From the NCBI GenBank assembly GCA_028876805.1, contig JAGWQP010000314.1:1-36930 (forward strand): a stretch of DNA of 36,930 nucleotides. The letters run 5' to 3'. Below are positions 1-9,754 of this stretch, piece by piece. Position numbers and translations under genes: made by a program. Source of the stretch: Acidobacteriota bacterium (GTDB taxonomy: Bacteria; Acidobacteriota; Terriglobia; Bryobacterales; Bryobacteraceae). How positions within the stretch are numbered: the first letter of the stretch is position 1; each line of letters opens with the position of its first letter. The notes beneath the pieces were generated by a model that saw only the letters and a list, made by a program, of their open reading frames with translations, made no database searches and had not been told where the DNA came from.

Positions 1-923
1 CGCTGCACCAGGACCGGCACAGTGGCATCATGGGCATCCTCGGCGAGGAATCGAACATGATCCCGGTTGCGGTCAAGGTTCGCGCCCTCCGCGAGAACGC
101 AAGCGTGGCGCGCGAAAAGGATTTTCGCTTCAACGTCTTTGTGCAGCAGAAGTGGACGCCCAGCCTGATGATGATGACGCTATTCAACAGCCTCTCGGAC
201 CTCAATGAATTCGCCGACGAGGCGACCTACCGGCTGAGCGGCAGAATCGAGATGAACGGGCAGAATAATCTGTCGCTCGCAACCATGCAGGCATCTGGCG
301 AACAGCCGGTCCCCGCGCCGATGATGCTGGCCAATTGGTGGGGCGACAAGTTCAACCGCCTGTACTTAAACAACGTCAAGACTCCCGAGATCAAACGAGT
401 CAGTGTCACCGTGGACCTGTTGCCCGAGCGCCGGATCGCCGCTATCGAAAACGCCTGGGTGGCGAACCCGGATTTGCGACCGGGCGACGAGGTGCCGGTG
501 AAGGTCTTCCTGCGGCCGTACCGCGGCGATGCCATCCAGCGGGAATTCAAGATCAAAATCCCGGAGGGGATCGCAAAAGGCGACCACCGCATTCTGTTGA
601 GCGATGCCGACACCTTAAACCGCGTCCAGAATCAGGCCGGCATGGCTAACCGCTTTCTCGATCTGCCCGAAACGGTTTCGCTGATCAACCAGGAACGGAG
701 CAACAACAAGCTGTACGTCTCGCTCGTCGAATCGAGCCCTACGGCGTATCTGGACGACAAGACACTCCCCAGTTTGCCCTTGTCGGTGCTCAACGTAATG
801 CAGGCTGGGCGCGCTGCCGACCGCCGTGTGATGACTTCGCCCGAGACCGCGACCGAGCAGATGGCGTTGCCGTTTGATTATGTCGTCACCGGCAGCTATT
901 CGCTCCGCATCCACGTAAACTAG
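1..923 (+). CDS. 3' part of a conserved hypothetical protein; the 5' end lies upstream of the window
   Basis: The frame is open from base 3 to the TAG at 921-923. The ORF-track entry 30..923 only begins at the first internal ATG. Third codon positions are GC-rich throughout. No family recognised with confidence. Confidence 0.6.
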   Translation, partial: LHQDRHSGIMGILGEESNMIPVAVKVRALRENASVAREKDFRFNVFVQQKWTPSLMMMTLFNSLSDLNEFADEATYRLSGRIEMNGQNNLSLATMQASGEQPVPAPMMLANWWGDKFNRLYLNNVKTPEIKRVSVTVDLLPERRIAAIENAWVANPDLRPGDEVPVKVFLRPYRGDAIQREFKIKIPEGIAKGDHRILLSDADTLNRVQNQAGMANRFLDLPETVSLINQERSNNKLYVSLVESSPTAYLDDKTLPSLPLSVLNVMQAGRAADRRVMTSPETATEQMALPFDYVVTGSYSLRIHVN

Positions 924-957
924 AAGTCGCACGCCGTTGACTGGCGTCACACAAAAC

Positions 958-2469
958 ATGACTGGACTCATTCACCCCTCGTTCCGCGCGCTGCTCGTTT
1001 ATGCGCTTTGCTGCGCTCTGTTTGCCGGCGAAACCCGGACCTGGTCGCAGCGGGAGTTTGCCGACTTCGAGAAGGGTGTGATCAAAAACCTCTCGGTGCG
1101 CAGCGACGGCGGCCTTACCTTGGCGCCTCAATCCAAGGAGTGGTTCGACACCTCCTCCGCGTATCTCTGGAGCCTCGCGCGCGATTCCAAAGGCAACCTC
1201 TACACCGGCGGCGGCAGCGGCGCCAAGTTGTTCCGCATCGGGCCTGACGGTAAGGGCAAGGTGTTGGCGGAGCTCGATGCGCTCGAGATCCACGCCATCG
1301 CGGTCGATTCCAAGGACCGCATCTACGCCGCGACCGCGCCCGACGGCAAAGTCTATCGCGTCGCCGCCAGCGGCAAGCCCGAGGTTTTCTACGATCCAAA
1401 AGCCAAGTACATCTGGGCGCTGGCCTTCGATTCTCACGATAACCTGTTCGTCGCCACCGGGGACCAAGGAGAGATCCACCGCGTGACGTCGGACGGAAAA
1501 GGTAAAGTATTCTTCAAGTGTGAGGAAACCCATGTCCGCTCGCTCACGCTCGATCCGGCGGGCAATCTGATCGTCGGGACTGAGCCGGGCGGCCTGGTCC
1601 TTCGCGTTTCAGCGGCCGGCGAGGGATTCGTTCTATACCAGATGTCCAAGCGCGAAGTGTCCGCCTTAGTCGCGGGTCGCGATGGCACGATCTATGCGGC
1701 CGGCGTCGGATCGAGGCAAGCCGCCCCGCCGGCTTCCACCCCCGTCGCCGCTCCTCCCCTGCCCGCCCAGCCACCCTCGGGCCCGGCTGGAGCGCGGCAA
1801 GCCAATCCGCCTCCTGCTCTAAACGTCGCACCCCTGGGCGTCACCGGCGGCAGCGACGTGTTCCGGATCGAGTCCAATGGCAGCCCGCGCCGCGTTTGGA
1901 CTAGCCCCCAGGATGTGGTTTATGCTATGGCGCTCGACAGCGCCGGTCGCGTGCTGCTCGGCACCGGCAACAAAGGCAATATCTATCGTATTGAGTCGGC
2001 CACCGTGTATACGGTCGTGCTGAGTGTTCCCGCCACCCAGGTGACGGCCTTCGAGACCGGCGCGGGCGGGCGTCTTTATGCTGCTACAGGCAACGTTGGC
2101 AAAGTCTATGAGATCGGCCCCGGGCTGGAGGGGGAAGGCTCCCTCGAAAGTGACGTTTTCGATGCCGGCCTCTACACCCAGTGGGGTCGCCTGAGCTTCG
2201 AAGGCGCGGTGAATGGCGGTCACATTGCGATTCAGACCCGCAGCGGCAACCTCGATCAGCCGCAGAAGAATTGGAGCCCCTGGTCGGACCCCATCACGGC
2301 CTCCACCGGCGGCCGGATCGCTTCGCCGCCTTCGCGCTTTGTACAGTGGAAGGCGGTTCTCAGCAGCACCGGGGATCGTTCGCCGGAACTCAACTCTGTG
2401 GATGTCGCATACCTTCCCAAGAATGTGGAGCCGCACGTCGACCGCATTGAAACGACACCGGCGAACTAA
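958..2469 (+). CDS. Secreted beta-propeller repeat protein, N-terminal part, ending at an in-frame TAA (see findings)
   Basis: ATG at 958 (the ORF track starts at TTG 937) gives a signal-like N-terminus, MTGLIHPSFRALLVYALCCALFAGE. Blade-like segments recur (DSKGNLYTGGG, DSKDRIYAATAPDGKVYRV, DSHDNLFVATGDQGEIHRV, DPAGNLIVGTEPGG, DSAGRVLLGTGNKGNIYRI, GGRLYAATGNVGKVYEI). A Pro/Ala-rich linker sits in the middle. Confidence 0.75.
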   Translation: MTGLIHPSFRALLVYALCCALFAGETRTWSQREFADFEKGVIKNLSVRSDGGLTLAPQSKEWFDTSSAYLWSLARDSKGNLYTGGGSGAKLFRIGPDGKGKVLAELDALEIHAIAVDSKDRIYAATAPDGKVYRVAASGKPEVFYDPKAKYIWALAFDSHDNLFVATGDQGEIHRVTSDGKGKVFFKCEETHVRSLTLDPAGNLIVGTEPGGLVLRVSAAGEGFVLYQMSKREVSALVAGRDGTIYAAGVGSRQAAPPASTPVAAPPLPAQPPSGPAGARQANPPPALNVAPLGVTGGSDVFRIESNGSPRRVWTSPQDVVYAMALDSAGRVLLGTGNKGNIYRIESATVYTVVLSVPATQVTAFETGAGGRLYAATGNVGKVYEIGPGLEGEGSLESDVFDAGLYTQWGRLSFEGAVNGGHIAIQTRSGNLDQPQKNWSPWSDPITASTGGRIASPPSRFVQWKAVLSSTGDRSPELNSVDVAYLPKNVEPHVDRIETTPAN

Positions 2470-2538
2470 CGGTTTTCCCCGTCGCTGGCGGCAACCCAGG
2501 TCCAGACCCTGAACTTACCTCCGCTCGTCCGCCAGCTT

Positions 2539-3150
2539 GTGCGCGGCGAAGCGCCGGCCGGTCCCACGCCGTCTGAGACCCCGGCGACCATCACCCCCGC
2601 GCTACAGTATGCCAAGGGCTTCATCGGCGCGCGTTGGATGGCTGCCGACCCCAACGGCGATTCACTCATCTACACGCTCGAAATCCGCGGCGTGGATGAG
2701 AAGCAGTGGAAGCCGCTTAAAGACAAGGTGATGGACAAATATTACAGCTGGGATTCGACGGCTTTCCCCGATGGCCAGTATCGCATCCGCGTCACAGCGT
2801 CTGACACCCCTTCCAATCCACCCGCCGAAGCCTTGACGGGCCGTCTGGAAAGCGATCCGTTCCTCATCGACAACACTCCGCCGAGGATCACGGGCCTTGC
2901 GGCCGCGCTCCATAACAGCAAACTCGAAGTGCGATGGCACGCCGCCGACGCGCTCAGCGACATCGGGAAAGCCGAATATTCTCTGGATGGTGGCGACTGG
3001 ACGGTGGCTGCGCCCACTAACGGCCTCTCCGACTCCCGCGAGCTCGACTACGCGCTCACCCTCGATGCCACGCCCGGCGAACACACAATCGCCGTCCGCG
3101 TCGAAGACTCGGACGCGAACCAAGCCGTCGAAAAAGCGGTGGTACGGTAG
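2539..3150 (+). CDS. Ig-like/beta-sandwich C-terminal part of the same beta-propeller protein; same frame as 958..2469
   Basis: Same reading frame as the upstream ORF, with 23 open codons between the TAA and the GTG at 2539. No GGAG-like ribosome binding site precedes 2539 and there is no signal peptide. Sequence is beta-sandwich-like (DGQYRIRVTASDTPSNPP, GEHTIAVRVEDSDANQ). Confidence 0.6.
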   Translation: MRGEAPAGPTPSETPATITPALQYAKGFIGARWMAADPNGDSLIYTLEIRGVDEKQWKPLKDKVMDKYYSWDSTAFPDGQYRIRVTASDTPSNPPAEALTGRLESDPFLIDNTPPRITGLAAALHNSKLEVRWHAADALSDIGKAEYSLDGGDWTVAAPTNGLSDSRELDYALTLDATPGEHTIAVRVEDSDANQAVEKAVVR

Positions 3151-3748
3151 TCCGAAATTCTGGCCCGAAGTCTCTAGCAGGCTACCAGGCCACGACCACC
3201 GCAGTCGCAGGAACCGCTGGGCATCGGCGTCGGAGGAGCAAAGCTAGGGTTCGCTGTTCGATCGCCCTTACAGCCAAGTGGGGCCGACAGCTCTGCCCGC
3301 GATCGCTAGTTCCAAGCAGGCCTTGGCTTTCGGGCTCCTGAGGAGCATCTTGGTTGGCGGCGCAGGTGAGGAGGTTAAGGTCGTAAAGGTTCGCTTGCGA
3401 AGCGCCCGCTCCCGAGCCGAGTTCTTCGTCTTCCATGGCTTGGCGGCGTGGGCCTGATCCCAACCGAAGTTACTCTTCGGGCCCCATCTGGAACGACTTT
3501 TGTACAAAGCGCCCGTAGGCCGCGGGGCTTTACCCGAGTCAGCCCAGCACCGATCGACTCATTCAAACCTTACTGGTGAAAGACTACCCGCGCTCCCGTA
3601 TGGAAGCCCGGTTGAGCCTCTCGGTGTCGCGATCAAGAGTCCGGCGGTCCTCCTGTGGCAAAGTGGCATCACACTTCATGCTCCAATGGTCGAACTCACC
3701 GGGCGACATCGGTAACACGACCGGCGCCTTACTGAAGGAGGGTTGTCT

Positions 3749-6700
3749 CTACGCCGCCGCCTCACCCGCGTTGAACTTCACCGACACCAGCCGCGACACC
3801 CCGGGCTCCTGCATGGTCACCCCGTACAAAGCCTTGGCGGCTTCCATGGTGCGCTTCGAGTGCGTGATCATGATGAACTGCGTTTGGCGCGACAACTCCT
3901 CGAGCATCTTCACCAGGCGCCCGACGTTGGCCTCGTCGAGCGGCGCGTCGACTTCGTCGAGCACACAGAACGGGCTCGGCTGGTATTTGAAAATCGCCAT
4001 CAGCAACGCCACCGCCGAAAGCGCCTTTTCACCGCCGGAAAGCAGCAGCACATTCTGCAGGCGTTTACCGGGCGGCGAGCAGATGATGTCGACCCCCGAT
4101 TCGATCACGTTCTCCTGGTCGGTCAGGCGCATTTCACCCGTGCCACCGCCAAACAGCGTCTGGAATGTGATCCGGAAGTGGGCGTTGATGGCTTCGAACG
4201 CTTCAGCGAATTTCTGCCGCGAGACCTGGTCGATCTCCTGAATCGCCTTCTCAGTGTCGCGTATGGAATCGAGCAAATCCTTGCGCTGCGCGCTCAGAAA
4301 ATCGTGCCGTTGCTGGGCTTCCTGAAATTCTTCCATGGCGGCGGGGTTGACGGCTCCGAGCGCCTCAATCCGAGTTCGCACTTCGGCCGCGGCCTGCTCC
4401 GCCGCCGCAATCGTATCTGGCTCCGGCACCGGATCGGTAGAAGGCGCCAACTCCTCCACCGGGCAGTTCAGTTCTTTGCGGCTGGTCTCGTCGAGATACT
4501 TCAACTCGGCCTGCTTCTTCACCAGCTCAACTTCGATCTGCGAGCGCTTCTCGTGACTCTGTTCGACGGTCGCGCGCAATCCTTTCAGCTCCTCCTCGGC
4601 GGCACGCAGCATTTCCCGCCGTTCAAGGTCTTCGGAAGCCATCCGGTTCACGCGCGCTTCCACCTGCACGATCTCGTCGGACAGCGCCGCGGCTCTGCGC
4701 CGCAGCTCGACGTTATCGGCCAGCAGCCGCGCGCGTTGTTCGCCCAGGCGGCCGGCTTCGGCTGCGACGCTGTCGCACCGGTTCCGGGTCTCCCGGAACT
4801 GCTGTTCTATCCGCGCCAGCGCGCTGTGCTCGGCCCGATCGCGCTCGTCGAAAGCCGCCAGTTCCGCCCGGACTGCGGCGTGCTCCTCCCCCACGTGGGC
4901 CGCCTCGACCTCAAGCTTCTCGAGCTCAAGCCGCTCGGCCTCGACCGCCGCTTCGCGTTCCGACCGCAGCCGTTCCTTGTCCTCGACGGCGGCCTGATTC
5001 TTCTCCCGTTGCTCGGCCGATTGCGCGGCGTCCCTCCGCAAGCGGTCGAGTTCGAGCTGGGCCACCGAGACACGGGAATTCGCGCGGGACCGATCCTCGC
5101 TTACCTTCCGCATCTCGTGATCCAGCGCCACGCGCTCTTTTTCCCGCGATTGCTGCAGGCCGCGCAGGCGTTCCACCTCGGCCTCCAGACCGCCAATTTC
5201 CCGGTTTAGGTTTTCAAGCTCGACCAGACGGCGATCGAGGGCGGTCTGCTGTTGCTGCAATTCCAGCGCCAGCGCGCGTGCTTCGCGCTTCATCGCCAGC
5301 GGCCCCACAGCGCTTTTCTTCCCACCGGTCACTGTGTGGCCGTGGTAGCAGACGCCATCCGGCAGCAGGAAATACAGGTGCGGGTACGTCACGGCGAGCC
5401 GCTGCGCCGCCACCCGGTCTTCGGCCAAGAAGCAGAGCGACACGCGCGGCAGCAGATCCACGGCGCGATGGTGGAAACCGTTGGTCAATCGCAGCGAGTC
5501 GCTCAACCGAGCCGCGATCCCTGTCGCCGGTCCGATGGCCGGTTCGGGAAGAGGCCGCGCGCCATCCCCGTTCGACTCCGGATGCACGAGAAACGTTGCC
5601 CGGCCGTCGGACTCAGCCCTCAGAAAATCCAGGCCGCGCTCGGCCTGCTGCCAGGTTTCGACCACCACATATTCCAGCTCTTCGTGCAAAAACTCCTCGG
5701 CCGGTTTCTCGAACTGGGGATCGACATCGACGTAGTCGGCCAGCACGCCCAGCAACTTCAACTCCTCGGCCGGGCCGCCTTCGAGCGAGGAGAACAGCCG
5801 TTTCACCGACTCGGCTGTGTAGCTGCGGTGCGCCAGCACCTGTTCGAGCGACTCCTTGCGCGCGCGCACCGCGGAGACCTCGGTTTTCAGCGCGTCAATC
5901 TCGCGGCTGAGTTCGGCCGCATCGCGCCGCCTTCCCGCCAGATCCTCCTCGGCCTGCTGCCGCTCGGAGGTCACCGCTTCGAGCTCCGCCTGGCGCTCGG
6001 CCATGTTCTCGGATAGCTGCTGCCGAGCGGCCTCGAGCCGCTCGATCTCCGCCGCAGCCACCTGTTCTTCGCGCTGCGCCCGCGCCGACTCGCGTTCGAT
6101 GGCCGCCAGGTACTCCTGAACCTGGGCCAGTTGGTTCCGCAGCGTCGAGGCTTCTCCGAGAAGGCGCAACACCACCTGGCGGCCGGATTCCAAGGCGTGC
6201 TCCCTCTCACCGGTCCGCACCTCGAGGGACTCCCGCAGCTGGTTGATCTCCTGCATGCGGCTGCGGGACTGCGCGATCTGCGCCTCAAGCCGTTCCACGC
6301 CGCCTCGCTGAACTTGAATTTCCGCGCTCAGGCCTTCGAGGCGCCCACCCAGTTGCTGCGATTCTTGTTCGGCCTGCGCGATGCGCTCTTCCATGGCGCC
6401 GCTCTCGCGCACCTGTGATTCCAAACGTCCCCGCGTGCGCTCAGCCTCTACATTTTGGTCGGAAAGCTCTTGCCGCGCGCCGGTCAGCTGCTGCTCCAAT
6501 TCGTAGCAAGCCCGCTGCTGTTTTTCGTGCGCCTGTTCGTTGTCCGCCACCTGCTGCGTGAGCGACTTCAAATCCGCAACCGCCAGGTCCAAATCGATCG
6601 CGGTCTGGGCCGCCTCGCGTTCGAGCAGCCGGTACTTGCCCGACAGCACTACCCGCAGACGCCCTTCCAGCTCCGCTTTCAGCTCGTTGTAACGCCTCGC

Positions 6701-7378
6701 CTTCGACGCCTGCCGTTTCAGGGAATTCACCTGGCGGGTGACTTCCTCCAGGATGTCGTAGACCCGAGCCAGGTTCTGTTTCGCGCCCTCGAGCTTGGCT
6801 TCCGCCAGCCGCTTCCGGGCCTTGAATTTGGTAATGCCGGCGGCCTCTTCGATAATCGACCGCCGGTCCTGCGGCTTGGAGCTGAGGATCTGTCCGATGC
6901 GTCCCTGCTCGATGATCGCGTAACTCTCGGGCCCGAGGCCGGTGCCCATGAAGATATCTTGGATATCGCGCAGGCGCGCAATGCGTCCGTCAATCAGATA
7001 TTCGCTTTCGCCCGAGCGGAACAGCCGGCGCGTGATAGTGACCTCGCCGGCCTTGGCGGTCCGGCCGTCTTCGGCCTGGGGAACTTTGTCGCCGCCCGGT
7101 TGGTGCATCTGCGGGTCGACCATCGTCATGGTGACCGCCGCCATCCCGAGCGGCTTGCGGTCGCGCGTGCCGCTGAAGATCACGTCTTCCATGCGGCTGC
7201 CGCGAAGGCTCTTGGCCGACTGCTCGCCCAGCACCCAACTAATGCCGTCGCTGATATTGGACTTGCCGCAGCCATTGGGACCCACAATGGCCGCGATGCC
7301 ATCGCCATTGAACCGCAGCTCGGTGCGGTCGCAAAACGACTTAAAACCTTGCAGTTCGACTCGCTTCAGTTTCAGCAA
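3749..7378 (-). CDS. smc: Chromosome segregation protein SMC
   Basis: N-terminal LKLKRVELQGFKSF plus Walker A GPNGCGKSN. Long Glu/Arg/Leu/Gln-rich coiled-coil arms flank a hinge. C-terminal signature LSGGEKALSAVALLMAIF and Walker B FCVLDEVDAPLD. The likely start is TTG at 7378 (GAGG six nt upstream, giving MLKLKRVELQGF). Alternative in-frame starts are ATG 7417 and GTG 7426. Confidence 0.95.
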   Translation of the reverse strand: MLKLKRVELQGFKSFCDRTELRFNGDGIAAIVGPNGCGKSNISDGISWVLGEQSAKSLRGSRMEDVIFSGTRDRKPLGMAAVTMTMVDPQMHQPGGDKVPQAEDGRTAKAGEVTITRRLFRSGESEYLIDGRIARLRDIQDIFMGTGLGPESYAIIEQGRIGQILSSKPQDRRSIIEEAAGITKFKARKRLAEAKLEGAKQNLARVYDILEEVTRQVNSLKRQASKARRYNELKAELEGRLRVVLSGKYRLLEREAAQTAIDLDLAVADLKSLTQQVADNEQAHEKQQRACYELEQQLTGARQELSDQNVEAERTRGRLESQVRESGAMEERIAQAEQESQQLGGRLEGLSAEIQVQRGGVERLEAQIAQSRSRMQEINQLRESLEVRTGEREHALESGRQVVLRLLGEASTLRNQLAQVQEYLAAIERESARAQREEQVAAAEIERLEAARQQLSENMAERQAELEAVTSERQQAEEDLAGRRRDAAELSREIDALKTEVSAVRARKESLEQVLAHRSYTAESVKRLFSSLEGGPAEELKLLGVLADYVDVDPQFEKPAEEFLHEELEYVVVETWQQAERGLDFLRAESDGRATFLVHPESNGDGARPLPEPAIGPATGIAARLSDSLRLTNGFHHRAVDLLPRVSLCFLAEDRVAAQRLAVTYPHLYFLLPDGVCYHGHTVTGGKKSAVGPLAMKREARALALELQQQQTALDRRLVELENLNREIGGLEAEVERLRGLQQSREKERVALDHEMRKVSEDRSRANSRVSVAQLELDRLRRDAAQSAEQREKNQAAVEDKERLRSEREAAVEAERLELEKLEVEAAHVGEEHAAVRAELAAFDERDRAEHSALARIEQQFRETRNRCDSVAAEAGRLGEQRARLLADNVELRRRAAALSDEIVQVEARVNRMASEDLERREMLRAAEEELKGLRATVEQSHEKRSQIEVELVKKQAELKYLDETSRKELNCPVEELAPSTDPVPEPDTIAAAEQAAAEVRTRIEALGAVNPAAMEEFQEAQQRHDFLSAQRKDLLDSIRDTEKAIQEIDQVSRQKFAEAFEAINAHFRITFQTLFGGGTGEMRLTDQENVIESGVDIICSPPGKRLQNVLLLSGGEKALSAVALLMAIFKYQPSPFCVLDEVDAPLDEANVGRLVKMLEELSRQTQFIMITHSKRTMEAAKALYGVTMQEPGVSRLVSVKFNAGEAAA

Positions 7379-7488
7379 ACCGGAAACCTCGCTGGTTTCG
7401 GGGAAGGCCGTAACCATAATAAGCACGTGGGGCGCCGAAGTAAAGCACGTCGACCCCTGCTAATGGTAGTATTTCGCATAGACCTACC

Positions 7489-8259
7489 TTATCTAGCGGG
7501 CAACAGGGACGGCCATTTCGCCTCCCGCTTGTCCAGAAACGCCTGTAAACCTTCCCTAAAATCCTCACTTTCAAAGACTTCGTTACGAATTCGCCGGGCA
7601 ATCTCGCCGGCTGTCTTCCAGTCCCGCCCCCGCACTTGCTGGACGAACGTCAGCCCGCTCGCCACCGCGGTGGGTGAGGCATTGGCGAGCGCGGTTGCCA
7701 CCTCGGTCGCTCGTTCGTCCACCCCCGGGGTCACTTCGTGAACCAATCCCATTTGCTTGGCTTCGAACGCTCCGAAAACGCGGCCCGTCAACGCCAGTTC
7801 GATCGACCGCCGTTCCCCCACGGCAGCCGACACGGACCGGAAGACCACGAACGGCCACAGACCCAGCCGGATCTCGGTCAATCCGAACACGGCGTCTTCG
7901 CGTGCGATGACGACGTGGCAGTTCGCCACCAGGCCGGTGCCGCCGGCGAGGGCTGCATTCTGCACTGCCGCCACGACAGGCTTGCGGAGCCGGGAGCCGA
8001 ACGTAAACAACTGCTCCTGGACGCTGGTGATGGCGTCGGTGTCGGAGGTGGCGATCTCGTTCAGATCCATCCCCGCGCAGAAGCACTTGCCGTTACCGGA
8101 AAGCAGAATCGCGCCCACAGCCGGGTCGTGATCGGCGTGTTCCAACGCTTGCACCAGCTCGCGGCAAAGCTCGAGGTTGAGCGCGTTGCGTCTTTCCGGC
8201 CGGTCGAGCGCGATGCGCAACAGGCGTCCGTCACGGTGGATCTGCAAAACTTCGCTCAT
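7489..8259 (-). CDS. Enoyl-CoA hydratase/isomerase (crotonase) family protein
   Basis: 256 aa with a typical crotonase N-terminus (IALDRPERRNALN) and oxyanion-hole region (LSGNGKCFCAGMDLNE, GGTGLVANCH). GGAG lies about 10 nt upstream of the ATG. Confidence 0.88.
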   Translation of the reverse strand: MSEVLQIHRDGRLLRIALDRPERRNALNLELCRELVQALEHADHDPAVGAILLSGNGKCFCAGMDLNEIATSDTDAITSVQEQLFTFGSRLRKPVVAAVQNAALAGGTGLVANCHVVIAREDAVFGLTEIRLGLWPFVVFRSVSAAVGERRSIELALTGRVFGAFEAKQMGLVHEVTPGVDERATEVATALANASPTAVASGLTFVQQVRGRDWKTAGEIARRIRNEVFESEDFREGLQAFLDKREAKWPSLLPAR

Positions 8260-8330
8260 GAAAACAACTCCGAAAAAGGAAGGCGCGGGTGCGTGAGGCG
8301 TGCGGAGCTCACGCCAAAGTGCTGGACCAA

Positions 8331-8654
8331 TTATAGCCCGGCGGGGGCCTCAATTTCCAGCGCTAATAAAGCCGCCCCAAAGGTTTTCCCCTGAGCGTCA
8401 GTACGCAGCGAAACCGTGCCGCCACCCCCTAAAGCACGATGCAGCAGGAAGTTCAGCGCGCCCAGGTTCGGCAGCTCATAGCGTTCCACATCCCCCGCCA
8501 CCAGGTCTCCGAAGTGCCGTTTGACGCGCTCGGGGGTGAGTTCCCGAACCAGGATCGGATAAAACCGTTCTTCCCAGGCGATCACCCCAATGTTGCAGGT
8601 GTCTCCCTTGTCGCCGGACCGGGTATGCGCGAGACGGGAAAGCGGGACTCTCAT
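8331..8654 (-). CDS. Small AtuA C-terminal-like protein (DUF4387-type)
   Basis: Only the last 107 codons of ORF 8331..9413 look genuine (MRVPLSRLAHTRSGDKGDTCNIGVIAW...ALNFLLHRALGGGG). This resembles the small protein or domain that normally follows AtuA/DUF1446. The rest of the long ORF is antisense to the VOC gene. Confidence 0.6.
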   Translation of the reverse strand: MRVPLSRLAHTRSGDKGDTCNIGVIAWEERFYPILVRELTPERVKRHFGDLVAGDVERYELPNLGALNFLLHRALGGGGTVSLRTDAQGKTFGAALLALEIEAPAGL

Positions 8655-8759
8655 GCCAACATTTTCTAAAGTTGCCGGCCTCCCCGCAAGCTGAACGGGC
8701 GCGTTGCCGGGTATATACTTGTATGCCAACCGGAAGCCACTTCCGGAGGAGGATACGCT

Positions 8760-9245
8760 ATGGAACACATCATCGCAAAGCTCCTTCACGAGTTCGAAGA
8801 AGGAAAGCTGACCCGGCGCCAGTTGATTCAGAGCCTCACACTGGCGGCGACGGCGGCATCCGCCGTAAGCGGGGTGCCGGCAACCGCGGCCGAGGGCAAG
8901 GTGCTCAACGCTACCAACATCAACCACGTGTCCTACCAGGTCGCCGACTACGCCAGGACTCGAGACTTTTATGCTGGCCTGTTTGGGATGAAGGTCTCTG
9001 AAGACAACGGCAAACAGTGCCGCCTGTCGTTTGGCGACAACATCCTTGTCGTTCGCAGTCGGCCCCCTGCACCGAAGGTTGATCACATCGCGTTCACCCT
9101 CGCCAACTGGGACGAGGAAAAGGAAGCCGTAGAAGCCGAGCTGAAACGCCGCGGCCTGAAGATCATTCAAGGAGACACCAAAACCAGTCTGCACATCCTC
9201 GATCCGGACGGCTTTGAAGTGCAGATGGGCGGACTGCGCCAGTAG
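8760..9245 (+). CDS. Tat-signal VOC (glyoxalase/bleomycin resistance/extradiol dioxygenase) family protein
   Basis: GGAGGAGGA ribosome binding site upstream. Twin-arginine region TRRQLIQSLTLAATAASA. VOC-like blocks INHVSYQVADYARTRDFYAGLFGM, VDHIAFTL and LHILDPDGFEVQM. Confidence 0.85.
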   Translation: MEHIIAKLLHEFEEGKLTRRQLIQSLTLAATAASAVSGVPATAAEGKVLNATNINHVSYQVADYARTRDFYAGLFGMKVSEDNGKQCRLSFGDNILVVRSRPPAPKVDHIAFTLANWDEEKEAVEAELKRRGLKIIQGDTKTSLHILDPDGFEVQMGGLRQ

Positions 9246-9754
9246 CGAGTCTGTTGAGCTCGGGAGGTTATCAGGTGTTGAGGTGGAGCATTTTCGCTCG
9301 CTCGAGGCCGTTGCCTGAATCCACGCCCCGCGCGCGGCGAAAGTGTTCTCCGGCCTGCCGGCGGTAAGAGGCGCCCAACGATCAAAACATCGGGAGCGGA
9401 CGATGCCAGACACGACTTTCTTCCATCCGGAAACGTGACATCGCGGCCGGTCCCGCCGCCGGCCGTTGTTGCTCTAGGTAACCGTCAACGTCGATCTCGG
9501 TTCCGATTGGCCGCGAATCCTTGGTGAAGCCGCTCCACAAGGCGTACGGGGCCGCGGGCGTACGGGGCGGGCCTCGAATTTCCGGGTGTGCATGGTTCGC
9601 CCGGTTCCGACGGCCACCGTCTGATACTGTGGGAACGCAACCGGCTCTGGTCACTATCGGAAAAGATCACCAACACCCTCAGCAAGCGCAGAGGAGGTCG
9701 AGTTCACGCTCACGCTGATTTTTTAGCCGGGGGTGTTTCAGCCGCCGACAACCG

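Noticed and set aside
3743-7741. Long plus-strand ORFs (3743..5209 at 488 aa, 5252..6016, 6455..7741 at 428 aa, and others) overlapping smc
   Set aside because: They lie antisense to a gene with unambiguous SMC motifs. Their translations are Arg/Leu/Gln-rich low-complexity sequence with no family resemblance, the typical shadow ORFs of GC-rich coiled-coil coding DNA.
8655-9413. The upstream 250 codons of ORF 8331..9413 (360 aa, minus strand)
   Set aside because: This part is antisense to the well-supported VOC gene (8760..9245) and shows no family resemblance. Only the last 107 codons, from ATG 8654, look genuine.
9542-9567. GCGTACGGGG repeated with a 16-nt period; checked as a possible tandem or CRISPR-like repeat
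   Set aside because: There are only two 10-nt copies and no array structure. No longer periodic repeats were seen anywhere in the window.
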